NCBI GenBank assembly: GCA_043754515.1
Contig: JAYUUO010000197.1
Location: forward strand, 1-31,117
Direction of reading: 5' to 3'
From: Armatimonadota bacterium
GTDB taxonomy: Bacteria > Armatimonadota > Armatimonadia > Armatimonadales > Armatimonadaceae
Length of the DNA stretch: 31,117 bases
The notes under the pieces are model-generated. The model was given only the letters and a program-made list of their open reading frames with translations, searched no databases and had not been told where the DNA came from. The stretch's first letter is position 1, and each line of letters opens with the position of its first letter. Of the stretch, positions 1 to 9,566 are shown one piece after another. The position numbers were made by a program, and so were the translations under genes.

Positions 1-324
1 GGCTTGCGCCCGGCAGACCCGCCCGATCGTGTCTTCCGAGAGCAGGTCGGGGAAGAAAGAGATTACGTTCCCACCCGCGACCGCGTCTTCCCTGGGCAAC
101 GGTTTGCTCTTGCGCTCCGCGTAGTATCTTCCGCCCCGGCGCAAGTCGGTGCCGGACCTGTTGGCGTTCGACGACGTGATGCCGGTCGGAGTGAACGCGA
201 ACCTGTTGCCGCTCCGGCCCACGATCTCGCACAGGTTCGTGCGCAGGAACCGCGCTTCGAACTCGACCAGGGAGATCACGAAACAGTCGGCGTCGCGGGA
301 AGGTGAATAGGGCTTCGCGGCCAT
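1..324 (-). CDS. Possible hypothetical protein, partial (runs off the left edge)
   Basis: Open frame from ATG at 324 (MAAKPYSPSRDADCFVISLVEFEARFLRTNLCEIVGRSG...) with GC-rich third positions, divergent from deoC. A second minus-strand frame is also open here, so the frame is uncertain. Confidence 0.35.
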   Translation of the reverse strand, partial: MAAKPYSPSRDADCFVISLVEFEARFLRTNLCEIVGRSGNRFAFTPTGITSSNANRSGTDLRRGGRYYAERKSKPLPREDAVAGGNVISFFPDLLSEDTIGRVCRAQA

Positions 325-518
325 CAGGGGCGGCGAGCAGTTCGTCGGCGGGACATAGGGGGTCGGGCGGGAGTTCGGGTACAATCGAGAGCGAAGGGCG
401 GGATACCGGAGTTATAGCACAAAGCGTGCCGACGCGTTGTGGCGCGGGTAAGGACTCCCATTTCCCATGTAGCGGTTCCGATTGTCGTGACGCTCTTTTC
501 GTGGCATAATGAGGAAAT

Positions 519-1217
519 ATGACCCCCGAAGAGTTCGCCCGAACGATTGATCACACCCTCCTGAAGCCCGATTCCACGCGGCGCGAGTGCCGACGCATTT
601 GCGAGGAGGCGAAAACGAACGGGTTCGCGTCCGCGTGTATCCTGCCCTCCTGGGTCGCGGACGCCGCCGAGATTCTAGATGACACGCCGGTCGCGGTTTG
701 TACCGTGATCGGGTTCCCGCACGGGATCGCGCCGACCGGGGCGAAGGTCGCCGAGGTACACACTGTGGTCGCGGACGGCGCAAACGAGGTGGACATGGTG
801 ATCAACATCTCCGCGCTTAAGTCCGGCTCCGACCTGCTGGTGTTTCAGGACATCGAGGCGGTGGTCGAGGCCGCCGAGCCGGGGAACGCGCTGGTGAAGG
901 TGATCATCGAGTGCGCACTGCTCACGAACGAGGAGAAGCAACGCGCCTGCCGCATGTGCGTGGAAGCAGGTGCCGACTTCGTGAAAACGTCCACCGGGTT
1001 CGCGGGTAGCGGTGCCACCGTCGCCGACGTCGCGCTGATGAGAATGGCCGTCGAGGGCGAGGCGCGGGTCAAAGCGGCGGGCGGGATTCGCACCGTGGAG
1101 GACGCGCTGGCACTACTAAACGCGGGCGCGGACCGGCTCGGTACCTCGGAGGGCGTGGCCTTGTTAGAAGCGTTTCGCGCAGGCAACTTCGCGCAGGCGT
1201 CGGGCGGGACGTACTAA
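519..1217 (+). CDS. deoC: Deoxyribose-phosphate aldolase
   Basis: Motifs IDHTLLKP, VCTVIGFPHG, EVDMVIN, VKVIIE, FVKTSTGF (Schiff-base Lys), VKAAGGIR and RLGTS. Confidence 0.97.
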   Translation: MTPEEFARTIDHTLLKPDSTRRECRRICEEAKTNGFASACILPSWVADAAEILDDTPVAVCTVIGFPHGIAPTGAKVAEVHTVVADGANEVDMVINISALKSGSDLLVFQDIEAVVEAAEPGNALVKVIIECALLTNEEKQRACRMCVEAGADFVKTSTGFAGSGATVADVALMRMAVEGEARVKAAGGIRTVEDALALLNAGADRLGTSEGVALLEAFRAGNFAQASGGTY

Positions 1218-1223
1218 ACAATC

Positions 1224-1607
1224 GTGACCCGCGAAGAATTACAGACCGCGCTCGCGTCGCTCCCCGGTGCGACGTCCGAGTATCCCTTCGACGAAACAAC
1301 GCGGGTGTACAAAGTCGGCGGCAAAATCTTCGCCATGGCCGATGACATCGCGGAACCTCTGTCGGTTACCCTGAAGTGTCACCCGGACCTCGCCGAGGAG
1401 TTGCGCGAACAGCACCCGAAGGCGGTGGCTCCCGGTTACTACATGAACAAGCGGCACTGGAACACGGTGACGCCCAATGATTCTGTCAGCGACGACGACC
1501 TGCGCGACTGGCTCGCGCACTCTTACGATCTGGTTTTCCGTTCTCTGCCTAAATCGGCGCGGGCGGAGATCCTGCCGCCTAACCGCGACGGTAGTCCGTC
1601 GCACTAA
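1224..1607 (+). CDS. MmcQ/YjbR family DNA-binding protein
   Basis: Motifs YPF...VYKVGGKIFA, VTLKC.P..AEELR, PGYYMNKRHWNTV and SYDLV..LPK. Starts 6 bp after deoC. Confidence 0.92.
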   Translation: MTREELQTALASLPGATSEYPFDETTRVYKVGGKIFAMADDIAEPLSVTLKCHPDLAEELREQHPKAVAPGYYMNKRHWNTVTPNDSVSDDDLRDWLAHSYDLVFRSLPKSARAEILPPNRDGSPSH

Positions 1608-1642
1608 ACATTCCACTGACATCTCAAGGAGTAAATCGGTTC

Positions 1643-4090
1643 GTGAAGATTACCCGCATCGCGGCAATCGCCGCCTCTATTTCCCTCGCCGCGCTCACGT
1701 CGGGCGCGGTCTACGCGCAGAAGCCCGGCCCCAAGCCGTCGCCCTCACCGTCCCCGTCCCCCACGCCGGGTGTCCCTCCGGCTCGCCCGACGGTGCCGCC
1801 TGTGGTACCCGGCAAGCCGAAGCCATACGCCGAAGTGATCACCAAGGAAGCGAAGACGGACGACGGGATCATCAAGACGCACCAGATTGACGACAAGGTG
1901 TACTTCGAGATACCGAAGGCGGTATATGGCAAGCCGTTCCTGTGGGTGACGACGTTCAGCCGCATCCAGACCGGCTACCTGCCGTTCGGCCTGGAGGTAC
2001 AGGACCGGACCGTGATTTGGGAGCGGCGCGGCGATAAGGTGCTACTCCGTTCGTCGGACTATTCCATGCGCTCCAAAGTGGACGACGGCACCCGGCAGTC
2101 GCTCGATCTCCTTAACCTGACGCCGATCCTGATGGTGTTCAACGTCGCCGCGAACGGGCCAAACGACTCGGCGGTGATTGACGCGATGCCGATCCTGACG
2201 AGCGATGTGCCGGAGTTCTCCCCGAAGCGACTGCTCGGCGCGGTGCGCCTGGATTCGTCGCGAACGTTCACCGAGAGCGTGAAATCGTTCCCGACAAACG
2301 TGGAGCTAAAGGTACTGGCCACCTATGCGGACGCCCAATCAAACTCGATATCGGTGGAACTGCATCACAGTCTTGTCGCGCTCCCCGAGAAGCCGATGAA
2401 GGCGCGCATCACTGACAGCCGCGTCGGCTTCTTTTCCACGGGCTACCAGGAGTTCGGCGCGGTCGAGAACGGCGTGAAGGACGTCCAGTACATCAACCGC
2501 TGGCGATTAGAAAAGAAGGATCCGACCGCCGCGCTCTCCGAGCCGGTGAAACCGATCACCTGGTATATCTCGCCCGAAGTCCCCCAGCGGTGGCGCCCGT
2601 TTGTCAAGGCGGGTGTCGAGTCGTGGAACCAGGCGTTCGAGACGGCGGGCTTCAAGAACGCCGTGGTCTGTCGCGACACGCCGACCAAGCAGGAAGACCC
2701 CCGGTTCGACGTAGATGATTCGCGCTACTCCGTGGTGCGCTGGTTGCCCTCCACGATCGAGAACGCGTACGGGCCGAGCATCGTTGACCCGCGCTCCGGC
2801 GAGATCCTGTCCGCTACGCCGAAGTTTTTCCACAATATTCTGAAACTGAGCGAACTGTGGTACTTCACCCAGGCGTCCCCGAACGACAAGCGGGCGCGGA
2901 AGTTGCCGCTGACGACCGAAGTGATGGGTCCGCTGTTGCAGTATGTCGTCGCGCACGAGATCGGGCACTGCCTGGGTTTCCAGCACAACAAAAAGGGTTC
3001 GTCCTCCATCCCGGTGCGACTGCTACGCGACCCGGCGTGGACCTCGAAATGGGGCACCGAGGCGTCCATTATGGACTACGGCCGGTTCAACTATGTCGCG
3101 CAGCCGGGCGACGGAGTAACGAACCTGATTCCGAAGATCGGGCCGTATGACCTTTTCGCGGTGGAGTGGGGCTACAAGCCGATGGAAGGCGACGACCCGG
3201 AGACAGAGAAAAAGGAACTCGATACCATCGCCGAGCGGCAGATCAAGGATCCGATGTTGCGCTTCGGGCACGGCGAGGAGAGCGCGGAGTCGCGGGAGGA
3301 TCCAGGGCAACGCTCCGAAGACTTAGGCTCCGACCCGCTCGAAGCCACGCCCCTAGGCTTGAAAAACATTGACCGGGTTCTTGGGTATATCGTTTCGGCG
3401 ACCACGAAACCGGGTGACGATTACAAGTACCTGAGTGAGATGTACGCGAACCTGATCAACCAGCGGCAAGGGGAGCTTACAAATGTCGTAGTGCTGATCG
3501 GCGGCTTCACGCAGACCGATTATCACTACGGCGAGGGCGGCTCCGAAGTGTACACGCCGATCCCCGCGAGCAAGCAGAAGCAAGCGATGGCGTTCCTGAT
3601 GGCGAACGCGTTCGTGACGCCGAAAAACATCGTGCGGCCCGACCTTCTGGCGCGGCTCCAGTCGAGCGGTTCGACGGATCTGGTGTTGCGCAGTCAGGTG
3701 AGTCTACTCAACACGCTGTTGTCCGAGTCGCGGGCGAAGCGGATGGTGGATCAGGAGCAGATCTACAAAGGGAAGCAATCGATCTATACGCTGACCGAGA
3801 TGATGAACGACACGCGCAAGGGGTTGTGGACGGAACTCGCCGCCCCCGAACAAGTCGCGATTGACGCCTACCGGCGCGGTCTGCAACGCCAGTTCGTACT
3901 CGGACTCGGGTCACGGATGAACAGCACCGCGAGCGAGGTTCGTCCCCTCGCCCGCCTGACGCTGATGGACACGCAGTCCGCGATCCGGACCGCGCTTCCT
4001 AAGGCGACGGATCGGGCGACGAAGGCGCACCTGATGGATTGCGACCAGCTCATCCAGCAGATCCTCTACCCGACCAACGCGAAGGGGTAG
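1643..4090 (+). CDS. Secreted zinc-dependent metalloprotease (metzincin; DUF5118/DUF5117/DUF4953-type architecture)
   Basis: Signal peptide, Pro-rich linker, DSRVGFF, YINRWRLE, HEIGHCLGFQH (HExxHxxGxxH) and SIMDY Met-turn. AAGGAG RBS precedes the GTG start. Confidence 0.9.
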   Translation: MKITRIAAIAASISLAALTSGAVYAQKPGPKPSPSPSPSPTPGVPPARPTVPPVVPGKPKPYAEVITKEAKTDDGIIKTHQIDDKVYFEIPKAVYGKPFLWVTTFSRIQTGYLPFGLEVQDRTVIWERRGDKVLLRSSDYSMRSKVDDGTRQSLDLLNLTPILMVFNVAANGPNDSAVIDAMPILTSDVPEFSPKRLLGAVRLDSSRTFTESVKSFPTNVELKVLATYADAQSNSISVELHHSLVALPEKPMKARITDSRVGFFSTGYQEFGAVENGVKDVQYINRWRLEKKDPTAALSEPVKPITWYISPEVPQRWRPFVKAGVESWNQAFETAGFKNAVVCRDTPTKQEDPRFDVDDSRYSVVRWLPSTIENAYGPSIVDPRSGEILSATPKFFHNILKLSELWYFTQASPNDKRARKLPLTTEVMGPLLQYVVAHEIGHCLGFQHNKKGSSSIPVRLLRDPAWTSKWGTEASIMDYGRFNYVAQPGDGVTNLIPKIGPYDLFAVEWGYKPMEGDDPETEKKELDTIAERQIKDPMLRFGHGEESAESREDPGQRSEDLGSDPLEATPLGLKNIDRVLGYIVSATTKPGDDYKYLSEMYANLINQRQGELTNVVVLIGGFTQTDYHYGEGGSEVYTPIPASKQKQAMAFLMANAFVTPKNIVRPDLLARLQSSGSTDLVLRSQVSLLNTLLSESRAKRMVDQEQIYKGKQSIYTLTEMMNDTRKGLWTELAAPEQVAIDAYRRGLQRQFVLGLGSRMNSTASEVRPLARLTLMDTQSAIRTALPKATDRATKAHLMDCDQLIQQILYPTNAKG

Positions 4091-4113
4091 CGGCGTCTGA
4101 CGTTGCAGTAGTG

Positions 4114-4147
4114 TGACCGACATCACGCGGGAGTGTGATGTCGGTCA
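4114..4147 (+). terminator. Hairpin after the metalloprotease gene
   Basis: Perfect 13-bp inverted repeat TGACCGACATCAC (4114-4126) / GTGATGTCGGTCA (4135-4147). No clear U-tract. Confidence 0.55.
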
Positions 4148-4243
4148 TGAACAATGGGCTACCTACCTGTTAATATGGGATTTGACATATCGCCCGCTCG
4201 AGTGGGGACGATTTTGATCTCCTATTCAGGGAGAAGACCTTCA

Positions 4244-5079
4244 ATGAATCGTAACACATAGATGACTCTCGTGACGCGTGGACCCGCACGCGTGGAAACA
4301 AGACATACGGCGAATGTCAACACGCTGACGGGGTTCGCCTCGCCGAAGCGCGCGGTATCTAACACGGCACGAACCGCGCCAAGACCAGGCGGCTTCACTA
4401 TGATCGAACTTTTGGTGGTAATAGCAATAATCGTAATACTCGCCGCGATCTTGTTTCCCGTGTTTTCTCAAGCCCGTGAGAAGGCCCGACAGACTTCGTG
4501 ACTCTCGAACATGAAGCAGATCGGTCTCGGAATGCTCCAGTACGTCCAAGATTCGGACGAGACATACCCACGTGCCCGGTACGTAGCCAACACCCCGTCC
4601 GATCCAGTCACCCAATACAAATGGATGGGTTATTCCCGTATGTCAAGAGCGAGGCCATCTTCACCTGTCTGGACGACACGGAAAACAAGCCGTATAAGTT
4701 TCGGAGCGGTAGCGAATACGGCTCGTACGCGATGAACGCGACGTATTGGGTCGCGGGTGACAACGCCACTCCGCCTTACGAGGAGCCACTAGCCTCGGTC
4801 GCTAAGCCAGCGGAGACGGTCTGGGTGATGGAGTTGGCGAGCACGGCGTTACTCAACAACTTCGAGATCGAGTGGGCGAACGTCGCGTCGCACCCGGCGA
4901 TCATAAAGGGCCCGAACGGGTACTGGGTGCTACGGAACATCGCGGAGCGTCATCAGGGGACGACGAATGTGCTCTGGTGCGACGGGCACGCGAAGGCAAC
5001 AAAACTCGAATACCTCACGCGGGCGAATTCGCTCGGGGTTTGGTACCGCTTCACCATTGAGGATGACGAGGACAAATAG
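4244..5079 (+). pseudogene. Prepilin-type N-terminal cleavage/methylation, DUF1559 / H-X9-DG domain protein, disrupted
   Basis: [36 protein letters not shown], then TGA (4499-4501) in place of the conserved Cys, then LSNMKQIGLGMLQYVQD. Frameshift near 4621-4630 into LFPYVKS...ERHQGTTNVLWCDGHAK. Possible extra TAG at 4259-4261 after the RBS-preceded ATG at 4244. Confidence 0.85.
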
Positions 5080-5115
5080 GACACGTGACGGGAACGGCGC
5101 GCCTTGACTCTAACG

Positions 5116-6807
5116 TCAGGGCGCGCCGACCTCCAGCGCATACAGGACGCCGTTGGTGGCGGACGCGAACAGGGCACCGTCCGCCAGCGCGAGCGGTGCC
5201 ACGATCTGCACGCCAGGCGTCCCCGGTTCGTACAGCGTTTCCGCCACGCCCCCGCCCCGCGCGCCGTAAATCGCGCCATCGGTCGCGCCCCAGAGCACGG
5301 TGCCGTTCGCGATCACTACCGGCGAGGCGCGGACGGGGCGACGCGCCCCGAACCGCCTCACGGATCGCCCGGTGCTCGCCGATACGACGTGCAGGCCGTC
5401 GTCGGCGGGGACATAAAGCAACTCGCCGTCACAGGCGGGCGTGCCCGACAGCGGCGCGTTCGTGACGGCGAGCCGCCAGACGAGTTCGCCTGTTCGCGCG
5501 TCGTGGCGCAACAACTCGCCGTTCGCGCACGCGCTGTAAACGCCGTCCCCGGCGATAACAGGCGCGGAGTCGAAGCCGTCATCGCAACCGACTTGCCAGC
5601 GTATCTCAGCGTTTCGGGGATCGAACGCGGTCAGGTAGTGCCCGTCGTCGTGCGCGAATGCGGTGCCGTCCGCGAACGCGGGCGGCGTGTCAGTGCCGCC
5701 CCGGAGTGATACCGTGTGCCGGATGCGCCCGGTCGCCGCGTCCAGAATGTAGACCGCGCCCTGTGTGCGTTCGGCACCGAGCGTCGCGGGTACCAGTATC
5801 AGGTCGGCGGGCACCGTCGCGTCGCCGTCGCCCCCACCGGCGAGCGTTACCGGAAGAACCGCCCCATACACCCGCGCCTCCGCCGGTAAACGAGTCTCCC
5901 AAACTCGCGTGCCCCGTAGCGCGTCTACGCAGACGCACGCGCCGGGCACGGTCGCGGCGAAAAGTCTGCCACCCGCGAGCGCGGGCGCACCGCGTTCGGG
6001 GTACACGGGGTCGTCCAGCGGGTATGCCTCCCACAGCGTCGCCCCGTTGCGCGTGTCCCATGCCATCAGGAATGCATCGCCGTCAAAGCTACTCGCTGCG
6101 ACCGCGACCATGCCGTAGGCGGCGACGGGCGCGGTAAAGGTCAGCGTGGCTTCGCGGCGTACTGGTGCCACGGTCGGGAATGACCAGCGGCGCCCGAGCG
6201 CGACACCGCCGATCTGTTCGGCGCGGGTGCCCTTATGCGCAGGGTCGCCGCCGGGCGCGCTCCCGAAGTCAGCCGCCCCGCGCACCACGTGCGACGAATC
6301 AACGACGCAAACGCGGTCCAGCCACGAATTCGGTGTCCCGCAGACGGGACAGACGCGCAACCGCTCGAAGCAGAAGGGACAGACCGGGGGCACCCCGCCA
6401 TGCGCTTCGTCGTCGGCGACGATCTTCGCGCAGTTCGGGCAAGTCGCCACGGGGAGCCGGACGATTAGCGTCCCGTCCGTCTTGACCGGGGCCGCGCCGT
6501 GCCTCAAAAAGGAGCAGGAGACGGGCACCGACAGCATCGCCGACGCGTCAGAGCCCCTGTTCTGCGAACGGCCCGCATGTACCGTCAGGATCGCGTTCTG
6601 TCTCTCGCCCGGAGCCAGAGCCGCCTCATTCGGGATCACCGACGCGGTTGCGTTTTGGGCGGGGAAGCGAATATGTAGCACCGCCCCGTTCGTGTCCCGG
6701 TTCTCGATCACGAACCGGAACTCGACGGTGCTCCCAGCGTCGTAGTCGGCGCGACGCAGGGCGAACCGGGACTGCGAGACCGGGAGAATCGGGGGGGATG
6801 AAGTCAC
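5116..6807 (-). CDS. Zinc-ribbon plus PQQ-like (BamB-type) beta-propeller repeat protein
   Basis: CPNC, CPFC and CPVC knuckles followed by repeated A.D..tG...W blades. Start uncertain (GTG 6807, or 6834). Confidence 0.8.
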   Translation of the reverse strand: MTSSPPILPVSQSRFALRRADYDAGSTVEFRFVIENRDTNGAVLHIRFPAQNATASVIPNEAALAPGERQNAILTVHAGRSQNRGSDASAMLSVPVSCSFLRHGAAPVKTDGTLIVRLPVATCPNCAKIVADDEAHGGVPPVCPFCFERLRVCPVCGTPNSWLDRVCVVDSSHVVRGAADFGSAPGGDPAHKGTRAEQIGGVALGRRWSFPTVAPVRREATLTFTAPVAAYGMVAVAASSFDGDAFLMAWDTRNGATLWEAYPLDDPVYPERGAPALAGGRLFAATVPGACVCVDALRGTRVWETRLPAEARVYGAVLPVTLAGGGDGDATVPADLILVPATLGAERTQGAVYILDAATGRIRHTVSLRGGTDTPPAFADGTAFAHDDGHYLTAFDPRNAEIRWQVGCDDGFDSAPVIAGDGVYSACANGELLRHDARTGELVWRLAVTNAPLSGTPACDGELLYVPADDGLHVVSASTGRSVRRFGARRPVRASPVVIANGTVLWGATDGAIYGARGGGVAETLYEPGTPGVQIVAPLALADGALFASATNGVLYALEVGAP

Positions 6808-6855
6808 GGTTCGTTGTAGCCCGCAACGCCCCACCTGTCAAGGCAGTCGCCGCGA

Positions 6856-7503
6856 TCAGGCGGCGGCGTACTCACGAAGCACGGCCTCCTGGCGCACCGG
6901 ACGGAGCGGCACGTTGTCCCAAGAGCGGCGAGATACCCGGCGGCGGACGCGCGGCGCGGGCACCGGTGCTTCCGTTACTACCTCCGCTCCGACACGATCC
7001 CCGGCGGAGAACCCGAACACGGGCGAATCAATCTCGCGTCCGATCCGCGCTAATTCCCGTAGCCGCGCTATCTCCACGGGCATCTTGAGTGTCTCCACGC
7101 GCTTATTATTGAGGGCGACGATCATCCGCTCCGCGAGTTTAATAGCTCCGATAACGAGTAACTCGTTGTCATAGTCAACGGTGACGACGTAGTAGCCGCG
7201 CGGGTTAACCAGCCAGTCCCACTCCGTCTCGCCGCGGAGCCACGCGATGGACTGCGCCTGTGCTTGTAGTTCGAGTACCAGATGCTCGAAAAGGTGCGGG
7301 ATTTCCGTACACTGGCACTCTTTACGAAACGATATCCCGTTGTCATTATGGCAAGTGTGCATCGCCATAGACGGCAGTACACGGAACAGGGCACGGGGTA
7401 AGTGCGGCACCTGCGAGGTCAGGAAGCAATCCGGGTCCGGCATCTCGACGGTCATCTTTATCCGTCGCTCGTCGCGCAATACAGTGATCTGATGGATTCT
7501 CAC
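6856..7503 (-). CDS. Stand-alone cyanophycin synthetase N-terminal-like domain protein
   Basis: LP.M..HTC...HLFEHLVLELQ...GET....PRGYYVVTVDY resembles the CphA N domain. No ATP-grasp or Mur-ligase domains. GTG start at 7503 is inferred. Confidence 0.7.
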   Translation of the reverse strand: MRIHQITVLRDERRIKMTVEMPDPDCFLTSQVPHLPRALFRVLPSMAMHTCHNDNGISFRKECQCTEIPHLFEHLVLELQAQAQSIAWLRGETEWDWLVNPRGYYVVTVDYDNELLVIGAIKLAERMIVALNNKRVETLKMPVEIARLRELARIGREIDSPVFGFSAGDRVGAEVVTEAPVPAPRVRRRVSRRSWDNVPLRPVRQEAVLREYAAA

Positions 7504-7679
7504 GAGGCAGTTGCCCTTCTTCGTTGTGACCGGCGGGATAAATGAGAATAAAAGCCACTTTGTTTCGCACGCCTTGTGACGCGCGGTAGGTGATGAGCAT
7601 TTTACCACAAGTGCCATGCCATCAAACATTTTTCTTCATATTTAACTCTCTAGACGGAACATAACCAATGAGACGGTCG

Positions 7680-8558
7680 TCAAAACGAGTTCGCGTCCGT
7701 AGGGAACCGCCCTTCGCGCACATCGGACACGTGCTCTCGGAGCGAGTCTCCTAAAATCTTGCTCCCTTCTACGTACCGGCGCGTGTGCCGGTAAACGGGC
7801 CCCCCGGTTAATCCGAGGATGTCATGCAACACCTGAACCTGCCCGTCACAGCCGCCACCCGCCCCAATCCCGATGGTGAGGACAGGGACGGCTTCCGTGA
7901 CCCGCTTCGCGAGCGCGGCGGGGATCATTTCTAACACGATTCCCCACGCGCCGACATCTACGAGCGATTGCGCGTCGGCGAGCAAAGCGTCTGCAGCAGC
8001 GTCGCCCTTGCCCTGCACCTTAAAGCCGCCGAACCGATGCACGCTCTGCGGCGTGAGACCTAGATGCCCCATGACCGGCACCCCGACATCCACGAGCCGC
8101 CGGATAGTCTCCCGAATACTCGCGCCAGCCCCTTCGATCTTCACCGACTGTGCCCCGCCTTCGGCGATCAGGCGCATCCCGGCGCGGACGCCGTCCGCCG
8201 GGTCTGCCCCATATGAGCCGAACGGCAGATCCGCGACGAGTAGCGCGGCACGCCCCCCCCGTTCCGTATCGAAGGGTTCGTCCCCTCTTCCACCCGAGGC
8301 CCGCGTCGCCTGCCCCCGCGCCACCGCCCGAGTATGACGTACCATGTCGTCCAGCGTAACCGGTAAAGTGCTGTCATACCCGAGCGTCGTCATCCCGACC
8401 GAGTCGCCGACCAGAATCGAGTCGGTGCCGGACGCGTCGGCGATCTGGCCCTGGAACGCGTCGTAGGCGGTCACCATGACCACGACGCGCTTGCCCTTCC
8501 GGGCGGCGAGCATCGGCACGGTCACCGAGCGGGGGAGCAGAATATTAGTCTTCGTCAT
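7680..8558 (-). CDS. panB: 3-methyl-2-oxobutanoate hydroxymethyltransferase
   Basis: Motifs MVTAYD, ILVGDSVGM..LGY, VADLPFGSY, VKIEG, VMGHLGLTPQS and IGIGAG..CDGQVQVLHD. ATG at 8558 preferred over 8651. Confidence 0.97.
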   Translation of the reverse strand: MTKTNILLPRSVTVPMLAARKGKRVVVMVTAYDAFQGQIADASGTDSILVGDSVGMTTLGYDSTLPVTLDDMVRHTRAVARGQATRASGGRGDEPFDTERGGRAALLVADLPFGSYGADPADGVRAGMRLIAEGGAQSVKIEGAGASIRETIRRLVDVGVPVMGHLGLTPQSVHRFGGFKVQGKGDAAADALLADAQSLVDVGAWGIVLEMIPAALAKRVTEAVPVLTIGIGAGGGCDGQVQVLHDILGLTGGPVYRHTRRYVEGSKILGDSLREHVSDVREGRFPTDANSF

Positions 8559-8652
8559 CGCCGCTATTATAGCGCGTCCCGCCCCCTCCGATAAAGCCGC
8601 CGTTTTAGCGGACGCCGCGCCGGCGGCGATAGGGCTTGCGGAGAACATCACG

Positions 8653-9474
8653 ATGCCCGTAACAAAGATTCCCGCCGACCCGCTCGGCGACCGTATGAAG
8701 CGTGACTACGAGAACCGGACCCGGTATTACCTGCCGCGCCGCTCGTACACGCTGCTACGCATTGACGGCAAATCGTTCCACAACTACACGCACGGTTGCG
8801 AACGCCCATTCGACCTCGCTCTGATGGAAGACATGGATGCCGCCGCGCTCGCCCTGTGCGAGACGTGCGACAACGCCCGGCTCGCATTCACGCAGAGCGA
8901 CGAGATCAGCGTGCTCCTCACCGACTTCGGCAGCCAGCACAGCGAGGCATGGTTTGACGGCAACCTCCAGAAGATCACATCGGTCGCGGCGTCGGTCGCC
9001 ACGGCGCATTTCAACGCGGCGCGGGCGCGGCGCGGGATACCCGGCGACAACCCGGCCTACTTCGACTGCCGCGTTTGGACGATGCCGACGCAGGCCGAGG
9101 TAACCAACTATTTCCTCTGGCGGCAGAACGACGCGACGCGCAACAGTATCTCGATGACCGCGCGGGCGTACTTCCCGCATGAACGGGTGCAGGATAAAGG
9201 TCCGTCTGAATTGCAGGAGATGTTGTGGCGGGAGCACGCGGTCAACTGGGACGATAGCCCGATCGGGTTCAAGCGCGGTCGCGTCGTGGAGCGGGTCGCG
9301 GTCACCGGCGACCCGACGTTCGTGGACGGACGCACCGGCGAGACCCGCGTCGCCCCCGATGTGATGCGTCATCGCTGGCGCGTGAACACGGAGCCTCCGG
9401 TTTTCGCGCGGGTAAAGGATTGGTTGTCATCTCGTGTTCCGGCGCGGCCCGACCCTGACGAAGGTGCCGGGTAG
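8653..9474 (+). CDS. Thg1-like protein (tRNA(His) guanylyltransferase family, 3'-5' polymerase)
   Basis: Motifs LGDRMK.YE, RIDGKSFH.YT, RPFD, QSDEISVL, WFDGNLQKI.S..AS, FDCRV and YFLWRQ.DA.RNSI. GGAG precedes ATG 8653. Confidence 0.93.
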   Translation: MPVTKIPADPLGDRMKRDYENRTRYYLPRRSYTLLRIDGKSFHNYTHGCERPFDLALMEDMDAAALALCETCDNARLAFTQSDEISVLLTDFGSQHSEAWFDGNLQKITSVAASVATAHFNAARARRGIPGDNPAYFDCRVWTMPTQAEVTNYFLWRQNDATRNSISMTARAYFPHERVQDKGPSELQEMLWREHAVNWDDSPIGFKRGRVVERVAVTGDPTFVDGRTGETRVAPDVMRHRWRVNTEPPVFARVKDWLSSRVPARPDPDEGAG

Positions 9475-9566
9475 TTTATTCTTGCCCTGCTCGGGGTATT
9501 GTTTTGTCGGTTCGTTATTCGCCGAACGCTCATAGGCGTGGGAATTACAAGGAGTGGGAAGAATAA

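Noticed and set aside
4499..4501. TGA as selenocysteine or a recoded Cys (also TGA at 26023-26025 in the sigma gene)
   Set aside because: The prepilin gene also has a frameshift, the sigma sequence does not resume after its TGA, and TGA is a normal stop in panB, wzt and avd.
8476..8652. N-terminal extensions of panB and the Thg1-like protein in the ORF track
   Set aside because: They would overlap head to head; family-like sequence begins only at 8558 and 8653.
8653..9474. Functional link between the Thg1-like polymerase and the DGR
   Set aside because: They are about 20 kb apart with unrelated housekeeping genes between them, and no sequence evidence connects them.
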